The translations under genes were made by a program, and so were the position numbers. Positions 1 through 11,826 of a stretch of 40,998 nt of DNA are shown piece after piece. Within the stretch, counting starts at the first letter, position 1, and each line of letters starts with the position of its first letter. The DNA comes from Octopus bimaculoides (lineage: Eukaryota). Where the stretch lies: assembly GCF_001194135.2 (NCBI RefSeq), contig NC_068982.1, positions 132,587,450 to 132,628,447 of the forward strand, written 5' to 3'. The notes below the pieces were generated by a model. It made no database searches, was not told the origin of the DNA, and saw only the letters and a list, made by a program, of their open reading frames with translations.

Positions 1-300
1 TTCTAGTTTCGTGATGGTGGCATCGGGACAAGGCACGACGGTCAGGCGGTAATCGATGACTGATGTGATATACACATTAGCCACCTCCGCCCAGCCTTTT
101 AGAGATAACTTTCTCTCGGCCCATGTTTGGCTGAGTTTGATCACTCTACTGGTGATCTCGTCCCAGTTCTTATACATTTGGAGGTCTGGACTGAACCAGA
201 CCCCGAGCAGTTTAACCGGTCCGTCCGTCCAGCGTCCCACTACGGAGTCACTGTTGGACGGTATGGGCTTGCTTCTCCAGGTGCCGAGTAACAAACCCAC
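1..300 (-). mobile_element. L1/Tx1-like non-LTR retrotransposon ORF2 fragment (post-RT region), 5'-truncated, runs off window edge
   Basis: The minus frame is open for 100 codons: VGLLLGTWRSKPIPSNSDSVVGRWTDGPVKLLGVWFSPDLQMYKNWDEITSRVIKLSQTWAERKLSLKGWAEVANVYITSVIDYRLTVVPCPDATITKLE. The KxLGVWF...W...RxLSLxG..V.N pattern is typical of L1/Tx1 ORF2. The segment is more GC-rich than its surroundings. Confidence 0.8.
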
Positions 301-303
301 TAT

Positions 304-353
<50 letters not shown>

Positions 354-363
354 CATAGATAGA
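304..363. repeat. (GATA)n microsatellite
   Basis: About 14 near-perfect GATA units abutting the L1 fragment. Confidence 0.95.
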
Positions 364-364
364 T

Positions 365-540
365 CATTATTGTCATCATCAATGTTATGTTCCATGTAGG
401 CATGGATTGGATGACTTGACAAAGACCCAATGAGTCAAAGACTACATCAAAGTCCAGCATCTGTTTTGGCATGGTTTCTATGGTTGGATGTCCTTACTAA
501 CATCAACTACTTTACAGTGTGTATTGAGTGCTTTCTTCCA
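365..540 (-). mobile_element. Decayed RTE 3'-tail repeat (family C)
   Basis: Diverged match to the cleaner copies at 31400-31570 and 17285-17580 (ccatg..gcatgg.ttgg ... ggatgcccttcctaac ... gtgctttt). Confidence 0.6.
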
Positions 541-721
541 TGTCAGTAACATTATTGAGGTCATCAAGTAGCTCACAAGGCAACAACTCCAAGGAAGGAG
601 GATGTTGCCTCTGTATACTAAATGGAGAGAGGGAAGAGATTGGAGTAGTGCAGGTCCTTGTTAGAGATGAGATACATTGCTACTCTCAATTAGGAGAGAG
701 TGACAATAAATTAGAGTTATT

Positions 722-940
722 AAGGCAGCAAGCTGGCAGAAATGTTAGCATACCAGGTGAAATGCTTAGCGGTATTTCGTCTGTTTCTACGTTCTGAGTT
801 CAAATTCCGCCGAGGTAAACTTTGCCTTTCATCTTTTGGGGTCGATAAATTAAGTACCAGTTGCGTACTGGGATCGATCTAATCGACTGGTCCCCTCCAC
901 AAAAATTTTGGGCTTTGTGCCTAGAGTAGAAAAGAATATT
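722..940 (+). mobile_element. tRNA-derived SINE family B, full copy
   Basis: A-box-like tggcagaaatgttagc, B-box gagttcaaattcc, central gcctttcatc..ggggtcgataaattaagtaccag, tail gggctttgtgcctagagtagaaaagaat. Recurs many times in the window. Confidence 0.85.
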
Positions 941-949
941 TATCCTTAA

Positions 950-1183
950 AGGTAGCAAGCTGGCAGAAACGTTAGCATGCCAGGTGAAATGCATAGCGGT
1001 ATTTCGTCTGCCGCTACGATCTGAGTTCAAATTCCGCCGAGGTCAACTTTGCTGTCATCCTTTCGGGGTTGATTAAATAAGTACCAGTTACACACTGGGA
1101 TCGATATAATCGAATTAATCCGTTTGTCTGTCCTTGTTTGTCCCCTCTGTGTGTATCCCCTTGTGGGCATTAAAGAAATAAGA
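950..1183 (+). mobile_element. SINE family B copy with an alternative 3' tail
   Basis: Same head and central block as 722-940, but the tail is ttaatccgtttgtctgtccttgtttgtcccctctgtg...aaagaaataag. Confidence 0.8.
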
Positions 1184-1248
1184 AATGTTAGCACGCTGGG
1201 TGAAATACTTAGCAGTATTTCATCTGCCTTTATGTTCTGAGTTCAAAT
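1181..1248 (+). mobile_element. SINE family B head fragment
   Basis: agaaatgttagcacgctgggtgaaatacttagc...gttctgagttcaaa, truncated after the B-box. Confidence 0.75.
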
Positions 1249-1619
1249 AAACAGTGATGATGAGGTGTCCAGGTGGCCCTCAGGCAGCAGGGGCTGTAGT
1301 GGATGGAAGGAATGAAGGTTTGCAAGCTTATAGAGGGAAAAGATGGGGAAGTGGGAGAGGGGGTAGACAACATATGTAAGAACTGAAGTAAGGGGCTGCA
1401 TAAGTTGGGGTGGATACAGGGATACCATCAGTATGGTACTAATTGTACCATTAACAGAGGGAGAGGAGAGAGAGAAATAACATGTTTGAGTTAGGTGTAG
1501 AAATGTAGAGAGATAAGATAGGCATAATGTATAAGAAGAGATAATCTGGTCATCCAGAAAGGAATGTAGGCCTCTGTAGCATGCAGGTGCAGAGAACAAT
1601 AATAATGGATGAAAGATGT

Positions 1620-1740
1620 AGAAACTCTAGCAGATAAGGTTGGAGCTTGATGCAGCCTTCTGGCTTGTCAGCCCTCAGTCAAACCATCCAACCCATGCCA
1701 GTATGGAAAGCAGACGTTAAACAACGGTGATGATAATGAT
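1620..1740 (+). mobile_element. RTE 3'-tail repeat (family C)
   Basis: gaaactct..cagat...tggagc.tg.tgcagccttctgg...ccaacccatgccag.atggaaagcagacgttaaa, ending in (GAT)n. Confidence 0.75.
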
Positions 1741-1771
1741 GGAAAACAATATAACAGTTAGTACAGCAGAG

Positions 1772-2730
1772 AATTTAGTGTCCAGGTAGGAGTTCATCAG
1801 GGTTTGGCTATCAGTCCCCTCTTATTTATCATAGTCTCCCCAGGTCATAACAGAGGAATTTAAGACCAGTTGCCCATGGGAACTTCTCTATGCTGATGAA
1901 ATTGTTATTATAGCTGAAAGTGCAGAAGAATTATAATTAAAATGCCAGATATGAAAACAAAACCTAAAATCAAAGGGTTTTAAGGTTCACTTAGCAAAGA
2001 TAAAAGTTATAATTAGCAAGAGAACAGACAGGACACTAATCCCTTCAGGTAAATGACCCTGTTCCATATATAGATAAGGTGTTGGTAGAAATTTCACATT
2101 GTGTACTTAGTGCAAACTATGGACTCATAAGAGGTCAACTGGAATCAAAGGAAGGTTAATAGAGAAAGTAGAATTTGTTTGTGGCAGATGTACAGGAGCA
2201 AAAACTAATAAGAGCACACAGGTAATAGATGTCCTGAAATACCCCTAGATGTTGTTGATTGTTTCTGTTATCTAGGTGGCCTAATTAGCAGTAGAGTCAG
2301 ATGCTCTGAAAATATAGTTACAAGAATACAAATAGGTTGGAGAAATTTAAGAGAACTTTTACCTTTGATAGTTACAAAAGCTTTCTTTCTCTCTATAAAA
2401 GGTAGACTGCAAACAACAATACTACATGGCTGTGAAATTTGAGCTGTGAATGCAGAGGACATGCAAAGACTTGAAAGAAATAAAACAAGTATGTTCCCAT
2501 GATTATACAATGCCAGTGTGCATGTATGACAAAGCACAGAGAAAAATTGGGCATAAGTGGCATCAGATGAGATGTGCAGGAGAGAAGATTGTGCTGGGAT
2601 GGTCATTTGATGTGAATGGATGAGGACTGCTGTACAAAAAAGGGCCAGTTGCTAAACATGGGAAGAATATGTAGAAGTGGTAAACCTGGGAAGATGTGAG
2701 GTGAAGTGGTGAAGACTGACCTCAGAATGT
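1772..2730 (+). mobile_element. RTE-clade LINE fragment, decayed (RT 3' half, PHD finger, C-terminus)
   Basis: With stops and frameshifts: EFSVQVGVHQG..ISPLLFII, PWELLYADEIV, CKLWTHKR..IKGRLIEKVEFVCGRC, LHGCEI*AVNAEDMQRLERN, QERRLCW.GH. Confidence 0.9.
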
Positions 2731-2904
2731 TAGTGTAAATAAGGATTTGATTTTCTGTATATAAGAAAGAAAAAGGAAAGAAATATTTGATTGTGTGCAT
2801 ATAAAATGAATAACAGTAATGATAGAATTCAATCTTATTAACTAAAGGTATCTTAGTTCATTCACAGAACAGAACACAAAGCTCAAATACTACAATATCA
2901 AAAA

Positions 2905-2974
2905 AAAAAAAGAAAGAAAAAATGAAAAAGAAAGAAAAAATGAAAAAGAAAGAAAAAATGAAAAAGAAAGAAAG
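2905..2974. repeat. 18-bp A-rich tandem repeat (AGAAAGAAAAAATGAAAA) about x3.5
   Basis: TG dinucleotides at 2923, 2941 and 2959 give a period of 18. Confidence 0.85.
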
Positions 2975-3325
2975 CAACAGAAACCCTTAATGAGAAAAAA
3001 GAAGGCAAGGGAATGTTGATGTTTAGAATGCTATTGAAATTTACTTTTTTTCCTAAAGCTACATTAGATAATCAAAACGGATTGCAATGTAACTCAGATG
3101 AAATAGTTATAAGAAGAAATAAAGATAAAATTGAAAGCTATCAGAAAGTTTTCATTATGAATTTTTCTATGAGAAAACCTACTTTATGGAAATTACACAG
3201 AAACTTTTTCATTTTATGCAAACAAGTACTCAGGATGTTATCTCTTGAGTCCAACTTCTCATTTTACTGTAATAAATTTTGTGGGTTATGCAAAAGATTA
3301 CAACTTAGCTTCTTTCTACTGTAAA

Positions 3326-4059
3326 NNNNNNNNNNNNNNNNNNNNNNNNNNNNNNNNNNNNNNNNNNNNNNNNNNNNNNNNNNNNNNNNNNNNNNNNNNN
3401 NNNNNNNNNNNNNNNNNNNNNNNNNNNNNNNNNNNNNNNNNNNNNNNNNNNNNNNNNNNNNNNNNNNNNNNNNNNNNNNNNNNNNNNNNNNNNNNNNNNN
3501 NNNNNNNNNNNNNNNNNNNNNNNNNNNNNNNNNNNNNNNNNNNNNNNNNNNNNNNNNNNNNNNNNNNNNNNNNNNNNNNNNNNNNNNNNNNNNNNNNNNN
3601 NNNNNNNNNNNNNNNNNNNNNNNNNNNNNNNNNNNNNNNNNNNNNNNNNNNNNNNNNNNNNNNNNNNNNNNNNNNNNNNNNNNNNNNNNNNNNNNNNNNN
3701 NNNNNNNNNNNNNNNNNNNNNNNNNNNNNNNNNNNNNNNNNNNNNNNNNNNNNNNNNNNNNNNNNNNNNNNNNNNNNNNNNNNNNNNNNNNNNNNNNNNN
3801 NNNNNNNNNNNNNNNNNNNNNNNNNNNNNNNNNNNNNNNNNNNNNNNNNNNNNNNNNNNNNNNNNNNNNNNNNNNNNNNNNNNNNNNNNNNNNNNNNNNN
3901 NNNNNNNNNNNNNNNNNNNNNNNNNNNNNNNNNNNNNNNNNNNNNNNNNNNNNNNNNNNNNNNNNNNNNNNNNNNNNNNNNNNNNNNNNNNNNNNNNNNN
4001 NNNNNNNNNNNNNNNNNNNNNNNNNNNNNNNNNNNNNNNNNNNNNNNNNNNNNNNNNNT
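3326..4059. other. Assembly gap (N run)
   Basis: Ns. Other gaps lie near 7.9, 17.9, 26.5, 30.6, 32.0, 35.9, 37.1-37.7 and 40.2 kb, mostly bordered by (TA)n, (GA)n or (GATA)n. Confidence 1.
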
Positions 4060-4165
4060 ATATATATATATATATATATATATTCAACCAGTGATCAAAC
4101 TAGTTTCAATTTTTCTTCATAAACCCTTGTATTCTATTAATATTAATACATTGACCCATAAGTAA

Positions 4166-4577
4166 AGGCATGGCTATGTAGCTAAGAAGTTTACTTCACA
4201 ACCATCTAGTTCTGGGTTCATTCCCACTGTGTAGCACTTGGGCAAGTGTCTTTTAGAATAGCCTTGAATCAAACAATGCCGTGAAGATATTAGATATGTG
4301 TGTAATGTTTGCGCATATGTGTTGTGTAAGATTATTGACATTTCACAGCATTACTTGTCACCAACAGATTGAAATAGCGACTCAATGTTTAGACTTTTTA
4401 TTGACATTATGACAGATCACTCTACAATTTTGAAGACTGGTGGAACGAAAAAGAAAAATCTCTTACTTGGAAATCAGGTAAGGTTTAACAACAGGAAGAA
4501 CATCTAACTATAGATCCTATATTTAAAGAAGTCTCCACCCAAACCATGGTTGCATGGAATAACAGATATAAAATGAA
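4166..4577 (+). mobile_element. tRNA-derived SINE family A variant with RTE-like tail, decayed
   Basis: Head ggcatggctatgtagctaagaag...gggttca.tcccactg...ttgggcaagtgtctt. Tail cttacttggaaa.caggt.agg...acaggaag..catc, matching 32200-32300. Confidence 0.7.
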
Positions 4578-4700
4578 CAAATGAATTAATTCATTTAACT
4601 ATTATCCTTTTATCTTTTCAATTGCCCTTCCACTTATAAACATATTTTGTCAGTCAGACAAGCAAATGGACAGATAGACAGATAAATAGTAAGTATATTT

Positions 4701-4822
<122 letters not shown>

Positions 4823-5456
4823 GTCTGTATGTTTATGTTTCTATGGGATAACTCAAGTTACATTTCTTTTATGCAAGACGTTACTGAATCATTCAATAAA
4901 TAAAAATCATTGAAATAAATAGCAGATTGGAATGAACATTGGACTCAATATGTTTGAGTAAAAACCCTTGAAAGGTATGACCACAGTCCAGTGACTGAAA
5001 CCAGTGAAAATATTTAAATAAAAGAAAACAGAAAGAATATCCACTTCTCATCCAAACAAAGTAGTCTTTGTTAATTAATCCAGCAGTCTCAATCCCTCTA
5101 ACCAATTGTTGCTCTGTTCACTAATCCATTGATCAAACACTCCAGCCATCTGTGAATATATGTGCAAGACTATTTAGTTAATCTATCCATCCATCTAGCC
5201 ATCCAACCATCAATCCATTAGTCTGTACAGCTGTCAGTTCTTCAGTCCATCCAGCCATCATTAATTACAGCTAATCATCTATAAATTGATAACCATTCAT
5301 GGAATCATTTAACAATCCATTCAGCTATGCAGCTGGCCATTCCTCAATCCAGTGAGCCAACATTAAATCCATCTACTCTTCTGTCTATGCTTTTATCTAT
5401 CTACCTATCTTTCTATCTATTTACCTCACTACCTGCCTAACTAGCTTTTTATGTAC

Positions 5457-5516
<60 letters not shown>

Positions 5517-5594
5517 TTGATAGTCTGTCTGTCTATCAATCTGTCCTATTTGTCTATTTAGCTGCCAATCTCTCTCTCCCTCTATCAGTCTTAT

Positions 5595-5629
<35 letters not shown>

Positions 5630-5899
5630 GTAATCAGAAGACCATCCAATCTTCACAATACCCAGCCATGTAACAATCTTTTAATTCAACCATTCCCCAC
5701 TCCGCCCAGTCTTTTCAGAGCCAACTTACAAATCCTGTGAGAAGTAAGTACTTATGACATTGTATAAAACATAGAATGGACACATCGTACAAGCCTCTCT
5801 TTTGAGAGAGAGAGAGAGGCTCATATTTTGTTTGTTCTTGTGCTGCAATACAATTAAGATACTTGCACATTATTTTAACCAGATATGGAGCATGAATGA

Positions 5900-6700
5900 A
5901 AGAGAGAACTAAGTAGAAGAGAAGAGAGAGAGAGAGAGTGGGGAAGAAGAGTTTGTGTAATGAGGAAAGTGGGAAAAAGACAGGAGATAAAGGCAGTCGG
6001 TGTTAACGGTTGTGTTAATCAGAATGGATCTCAGAAGCACATGAATACATTTGTAAGTGCACGTACTCACACACCCTGCAGAAGTAAAGGGAGTGAGAGG
6101 CCACAAGAATATGACATTTTGTAGTGAAATACAAGTAGGAGATGGGAGAGAAATGAAGGAATGAAGAGCAAGGAGAAAAAAAAAGGGAGAGATAAGAAGA
6201 AGAGGAATGAGAATAAGAATAAGATTTTGAGGATGAGGGAAGAAGGTGTGAGAGGTAGAAGGAAGAGAAGGTGCAGGGAAAGAGAGAGGGGGAGTGGGAG
6301 GAGTGGAGAGAGATGGGGAAAAGAGAGAGGAAGAATGAATGAGAGAAAGAGTGAAGATGTCGGCAGTAATAGCAGGAAATGTGTGAGAGAGACAGAGAGG
6401 GGGAGGGAGAGAGAGAGAGGATGGGAGAGAGAGAGGGAAGCATAGAGAGAGGGAGAGAGGGAGCGAGACAGAGGGAAGGAGAGAGACAGAAAAAGGAGAG
6501 AGAGAGAGAAAGAGGGAGGGAGGGAAAGAGAGATAGGTGGGAGAGAGAAGGGAAGCATAGAGAGAGGGAGAGAAGGAGGGAGACAGAGGGAAGGACAGAG
6601 AGAGACAGAGAGAGACAGACAGACAGAGAAAGAGAGAGATGCATGTATAAATATATAGATGTATAAAGAGATATGGGAGAAAGGAAGAGAAAAATGACAG

Positions 6701-6742
<42 letters not shown>

Positions 6743-6751
6743 AGATAGCAT

Positions 6752-6790
<39 letters not shown>

Positions 6791-6963
6791 CGTACATGTA
6801 TATGTGTATTTAATGGTTGTGTGTGTATGCGTTGGTAGTGATGGCAACAGTTGTTTTGGTTAACAACAACAGTGGCAGCACGTAACAGCAGCAGCAGTAG
6901 TAGCAGTAGCAGTAGCAACAGCAGCAGCAGCAGCTGTGGCAGCAGCAACAATAACAATAATCG

Positions 6964-6996
<33 letters not shown>

Positions 6997-7040
6997 ACAC
7001 AGGGCAATGATGATGACAATAATGATGATGATCATGATGG
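5900..7040. repeat. Polypurine (GA-rich) tract followed by (GT)n, (CAG/TAG)n, (AAC)n and (GAT)n patchwork
   Basis: Directly visible. It accounts for the spurious low-complexity ORFs at 5909-7084. Confidence 0.9.
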
Positions 7041-8293
7041 TGATGATTTCTAACATAAACACAAGACCAAAAATTTGTGGGTAGGGGTAAAAAAATAAAC
7101 ATAAAAAAAAAATTAAGCCAGCAGTGTTTATTTACAGTATTTTATGGTTATTTTCTCGTTTTTTTTTGGGGGGGGGGTTATTTTAAAAGACTCTGCTTTA
7201 TTTATTTATTTTTTTATTTATTTATTTAAATTGAATAAGGTAGGGCAAGGGAGGATTGATAGGAGGGGTGTAAAATGAGAGGCGCTTACTATTTGTTATG
7301 TTGTAGCTGTTGTTGTTATTGTCGTTGTTATTGTTGTGATTGTTGTTTAGCCCTCGGCCAGTCCTCAACGAGTAGATCAAAAGAATTTCAGTAATGGGTG
7401 CCAGTTCAATCTAGTCACATGACCATGTAGAGGTCCTCCCATTGGCTTGTTGCTTTAATTTTTTCCTTGTTTTGCTAGATTGTTTTCATTCTTTTTGTTT
7501 TTAAAATAAAATTTTCCATTTTATTTGCATTATTTATTAATTTTGATTTTTTTTTTATTCATTTTATCTTCTGTTTTTAAACGAAGCAATAAATGAATGC
7601 TGTTATTCAAGGTTGTCTTCACTTTGATAAATTCATTTATATTATTATTATCATTATCATCGTTATTTATTTATTCATTTATCTGATTGACTACTTTTTA
7701 ATGTTTAAAATGTGCATTATTTTGACCCCCTTACAAAAGAAAAAAAAAAATTAATTACTGCCACAAAATGTCTTCTTTCTTTTCTTTTATTTTATTTTTA
7801 TTTCTTTTTTCCTTTTGTTTATCAGTTTCTGAAACCTATAAAACTATAATTATGTCAATCATAGCTACATGCGTACACATACACAAACAACACACACACA
7901 CACACATTCATNNNNNNNNNNNNNNNNNNNNNNNNNNNNNNNNNNNNNNNNNNNNNNNNNNNNNNNNNNNNNNNNNNNNNNNNNNNNNATATATATATAT
8001 ATATATATATAATGTATTCATGCATTCTGACATGCATGTAATCTGCATACATCTGCATGCCTGCTTGCACAAATAGTCATGCAGGCAGGTGTGTATGCCT
8101 ACAAACATATACACATTTGCTAATATATCTGTTTATACACCATAAAACTGCACATGCACTAGAATACATCTCCTAACATTATGTAACAAAACGTTATCTC
8201 CATACGCATATTTGTATGTATGAATGCTTGTTTCCATGTATTGGTGTATGTAAAAGTAACATGTGCACAGTATGATTCTTTATATGCACTTAG

Positions 8294-8339
<46 letters not shown>

Positions 8340-8379
8340 TCTCTTCTATTTTTGATTATTTGAAATCATCCTGTAAGGA

Positions 8380-9050
8380 AGGAGCTGATCCCTTACAAAG
8401 ACATGAAGCCCCATTGTGTAGATACCAAGGTATGATCTTCTGTGTGTTATATCTTTATTTCCCTCTTCTTTTCAGACTTAAAATGAAACTGAATATTCTG
8501 GCTGTCTTTAGTTTTAAAATCAGGGTTTTTTTCAGCTGTGCCTTAATCAAATTCTCTGCTGCTATACCTGTATGGCTTGGATCTTTCAAGGCTTTGCATC
8601 ATAATAGAAGGCTGAGTATTTCAAAGACCAGATACATATGGAAAGGTTTTATGTGTTGAGCCTTTCTGTATTTTGAAAATTAGTTAGTAATAACCTATCT
8701 TAAGTTTCTCCTGAGTAATCTCTATATATAATTTGGTAGTGTTGCTTTGGTTGGGATTAAAATGATCAGCTTCTGCTTGATAGACTATGACTTTAGCATT
8801 TCAGTATCTGTTCAATATGCAAGCATTAAGTTTCTATGAGAACAGTTTTCTTCAGATGTAATTGTAGGTTTGATCTAGTAGATATTTTTCATGTTAAAAG
8901 TACAACTATAACTTCATTTAAGGGTGTGTCTGTGAATAATTTGCTATATTTTTGGTTAAAGGGGAAATGTTTTCATATTAAGTTGAGAAAGATCTTAGCT
9001 ATATTAGATTTTATATAAGCAGATTTAGCAAGACAAAATAAATTATACTT
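8380..9050 (-). mobile_element. Penelope-like element linker plus GIY-YIG endonuclease relic (resembles the CxCx5Cx5C-linker 'Hydra' type)
   Basis: With stops and frameshifts: KSNIAKIFLNLI*KHFPFNQKYSKLF.RHTLK*SYSCTFNMKNI...CILNRY*NAKVIVYQAE...KLYIEITQEKLKIGYY...LSICIWSLK...PYRYSSR....AEKTLILK. Confidence 0.7.
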
Positions 9051-9084
9051 CACTGCCTTTTCCTTATATTATTAAACCTTGAGC

Positions 9085-9352
<268 letters not shown>

Positions 9353-9489
9353 TATATAGTGTACTGTTCCCTGATGGTAAGAACAGCAAAAAAGTATTCC
9401 ATCTGGTGAGAGATAAATGTTATTTAATAAAGTATGTGTTTTATGTGCTACTATTAGTTTCATGTGATGAGAGCATGCCAGACAGTATT

Positions 9490-9725
9490 TTTTAACATGT
9501 GTGGTGTTTCAGAACAATCTTCCAGCACTATCCATATGATAAAGTGGAAAATAATTGAAAAATCCACACCATATGTTAACAGATCGAAAGCATGTAAGCT
9601 GTGCATAGCTGAAAGAACTTAGACCCTTTTCAGATCTAAGGACTCTAACACACTGCAGAATTCTAGATCTGAAATTTTCAGCAGTTGTAAGCATATGACT
9701 AAGTTTCTGATTACAAATTGGAAAG
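9490..9725 (+). mobile_element. Second Penelope-like GIY-YIG C-terminal fragment
   Basis: HVW...IKWKIIEKSTPYVNRSKACKLCIAERT*TLFRSKDSNTLQNSRSEIFSSCKHMTKFLITNWK, matching the IxWxI...PY...CxLC..EK...NxRSE...CxH..KF pattern. Confidence 0.75.
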
Positions 9726-10096
9726 AAACAGCTGAACCACAGACTCTAAGCCATTATCTTTTCAGCTTTATGTTTCACAGTCAAAGGGGAAATAACTCTA
9801 TTTTCCTGCCCCCACCCTTTTTGCTTCCTTCTGTTTGTTTTTTCATTTTCTGGTTTACAATATTCCATCATTTATATCTATTTTTCACCTTTTCTCATTT
9901 TTTCTCTCATCCTATCATCCTGTTTCTACTTTGTTATGCTATGTGAGCAGTGCCTGAAGATTGTGCTAAGACACTAGATATGTTAAAAATACTGTCTGGC
10001 ATGCTGTCATCACATAAAACTAATAGTAGCACAACTTGGAACATACATGCATTGATACCTATATATTAAATGACTAAACTACTAGATTGTGAAGGT

Positions 10097-10380
10097 ATGG
10101 GGCCCAGTGGTTAGGGAGTTGGACAACTACTATAAAGTTGTGGTTTTGATTCCCATACTGGGCAACACATGGTGTTGTTGAGCAAAATACTTCATTTCAT
10201 GTCACTCCAGTCTAATCAACTGAAAATGCTTTACCAGCAATAGTAAAGTGTTAACCCTGTAATCAAGTGGCACCCCAAATCAGGCAAATCGTGTATTCTC
10301 ATTCACTGATATGCCATGGAAAGTAGTACAAGCTCCATCCTGATGACCTTGTGGGTTCAAGACAAACCTTAAAATGATTG
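10097..10380 (+). mobile_element. tRNA-derived SINE, another family (V-SINE-like body), decayed
   Basis: ggcccagtggttaggg (A box), ggttttgattccc (decayed B box), ttgagcaaaatacttcatttca.gt..ctccagtc, aaccctg. Confidence 0.55.
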
Positions 10381-11359
10381 TTCTTTGAAGGAAGAAGGGT
10401 GGGGAGGGAGGTCTTTTGCAGGGAAGAAATTGAGGGTTATCTCAGTTTTGCAGATCTTTATAGAACTAATGATGATAAACAGATCATTTATGAAGAGGAA
10501 GAACAGAAACGAAAAAAAAAGTTTCTCAGAATACACAAGTGTTCATTGACTGAATAACTGTAAGAGGTCATTGATAAGATACAATTACTGACAAAGCATA
10601 AAGACAAATCGATTTCTTCTTGATATGTTCTACTTTATCAAGTCTTTTGTCATTACTGAACCCAAGACGTTTGAATTTTATTACAACTATCAAAAGCCAA
10701 AGATACCTCAAAAGAACAAAAATCCTCATACATAGTGAAGTTGATTATCAGTAGCACTAACTTTACATGAACCATGAGAAAGAGGGGTGGAAGGAGGGAG
10801 GGAAAAAATGAAGACGGAACTAATGCATGAAACAGTTATTAATGATGAATAAAAACTTTTGAAATGCTGATGAATCAACTGAGTTTCCTTTATTTGACAT
10901 GCTTTCTATAGTTGTTCATAGTCTAGATAAAATTCTCATGGAATGGATAATAAAGGTTAAAGCATTTTCTTATTAACAAAGCCACATAATTTGATGCCTG
11001 TTGAGGTGTAATCTGCTGACATAGTTAATACATCACAGTTAAGGCTTTATATTATTATGTAGGCCTTGTGAAGCTCATTCTGATAATTATCTCTTCAACA
11101 TATTAATTTCATATCTCTACTACATCTAACAAGTAAATAACATTTCCAACAAATGAAGTATTATTTCATCCAATTTCTAAATATTTAATACAGTCAACCA
11201 ACAAAATTCCAATAATTTTTTTCATATTCATCTATATTTGCTTATACCACACATCAGAAATTAATGACAAACAGCTTATGAAGTTAATTGTTTGTTCTTG
11301 TCAATTAATATTGGATTTATTTTTAATAAAGTTCTCTGGGGATTATAGAAGCTTTACCA

Positions 11360-11640
11360 AGGCACAAGTATGGTTGTGTGGTTCAGTGGTTTGTTTTGTA
11401 ATGACAGGGTTATGAGTTCAGTCTCACTGCATGGCATTTTGGCATCCTTTATTATAGTCCTGGATCAAGCAAAGTCTTGTGAGTGAATTTTGTAAATGGA
11501 AACTGAAAGAAGCCCATTGCATGTACATATGTGTGTGCGTGTTTGTGTGTTTGTGCCTCCTCATTTTGACATCGTTGGATAGGTGTAAACAGGTGTTGCA
11601 ACTTCAACCAACAAATTTCATTTCCAATCCTTCATGGAAA
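11360..11640 (+). mobile_element. SINE family A variant, decayed
   Basis: ggcacaagtatggttgtgtgg...gagttcagtctcactgcatggca...gccttgtgagtgaattt.gt...ggaaactgaaagaagccc. Confidence 0.75.
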
Positions 11641-11695
11641 CATACCGGCTTCGGCAGTCATGCATTGTTCCACTGCCGCAGCCTTTGCAACTTCA

Positions 11696-11826
11696 ACCAA
11701 ATCCACTTACTAGGCTTTGGTTTACCTAGGAATATAGTAGAAGATACCTGTCTGAACCGCTGCACAGTGGGACTGAACCCAAAGCAACTTGGTTGGGAGG
11801 GAATCTTCTTAACCACATGACCACAC
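11696..11826 (-). mobile_element. SINE family A head, facing the + copy
   Basis: accaaatccact.ac.aggctttgg...tatagtagaaga.ac...gcagtgggactgaaccc...cttaaccac. Confidence 0.75.

Noticed and set aside
56-310. 84-aa plus-strand ORF
   Set aside because: It is the antisense shadow of the L1/Tx1 ORF2 fragment on the minus strand and has no recognisable motif.
1255-1610. Purine-rich tract possibly antisense to the pyrimidine-rich RTE UTR-like tracts (16500-17200, 32300-32750)
   Set aside because: The resemblance is compositional only and I could not establish an alignment.
3245-4165. ORFs spanning N runs (also near 7.9, 17.9, 26.5, 30.6, 37 and 40.2 kb)
   Set aside because: They are artefacts of translating assembly gaps.
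5909-7084. Long ORFs of 260-331 aa
   Set aside because: They are translations of GA, GT and trinucleotide repeats that lack stops by composition.
8340-8460. Search for an HDV-like or hammerhead ribozyme 3' of the Hydra-type PLE relics (also 9730-10000)
   Set aside because: Only a 6-bp hairpin (gtaagg/ccttac) and an isolated ctgaaga were seen, with no complete fold.
10454-10560. Possible exon after ttttgcag (LYRTNDDKQIIYEEEEQKRKKKFLRIHK...)
   Set aside because: It ends in a stop with no donor site, is A-rich and matches no protein I recognise.
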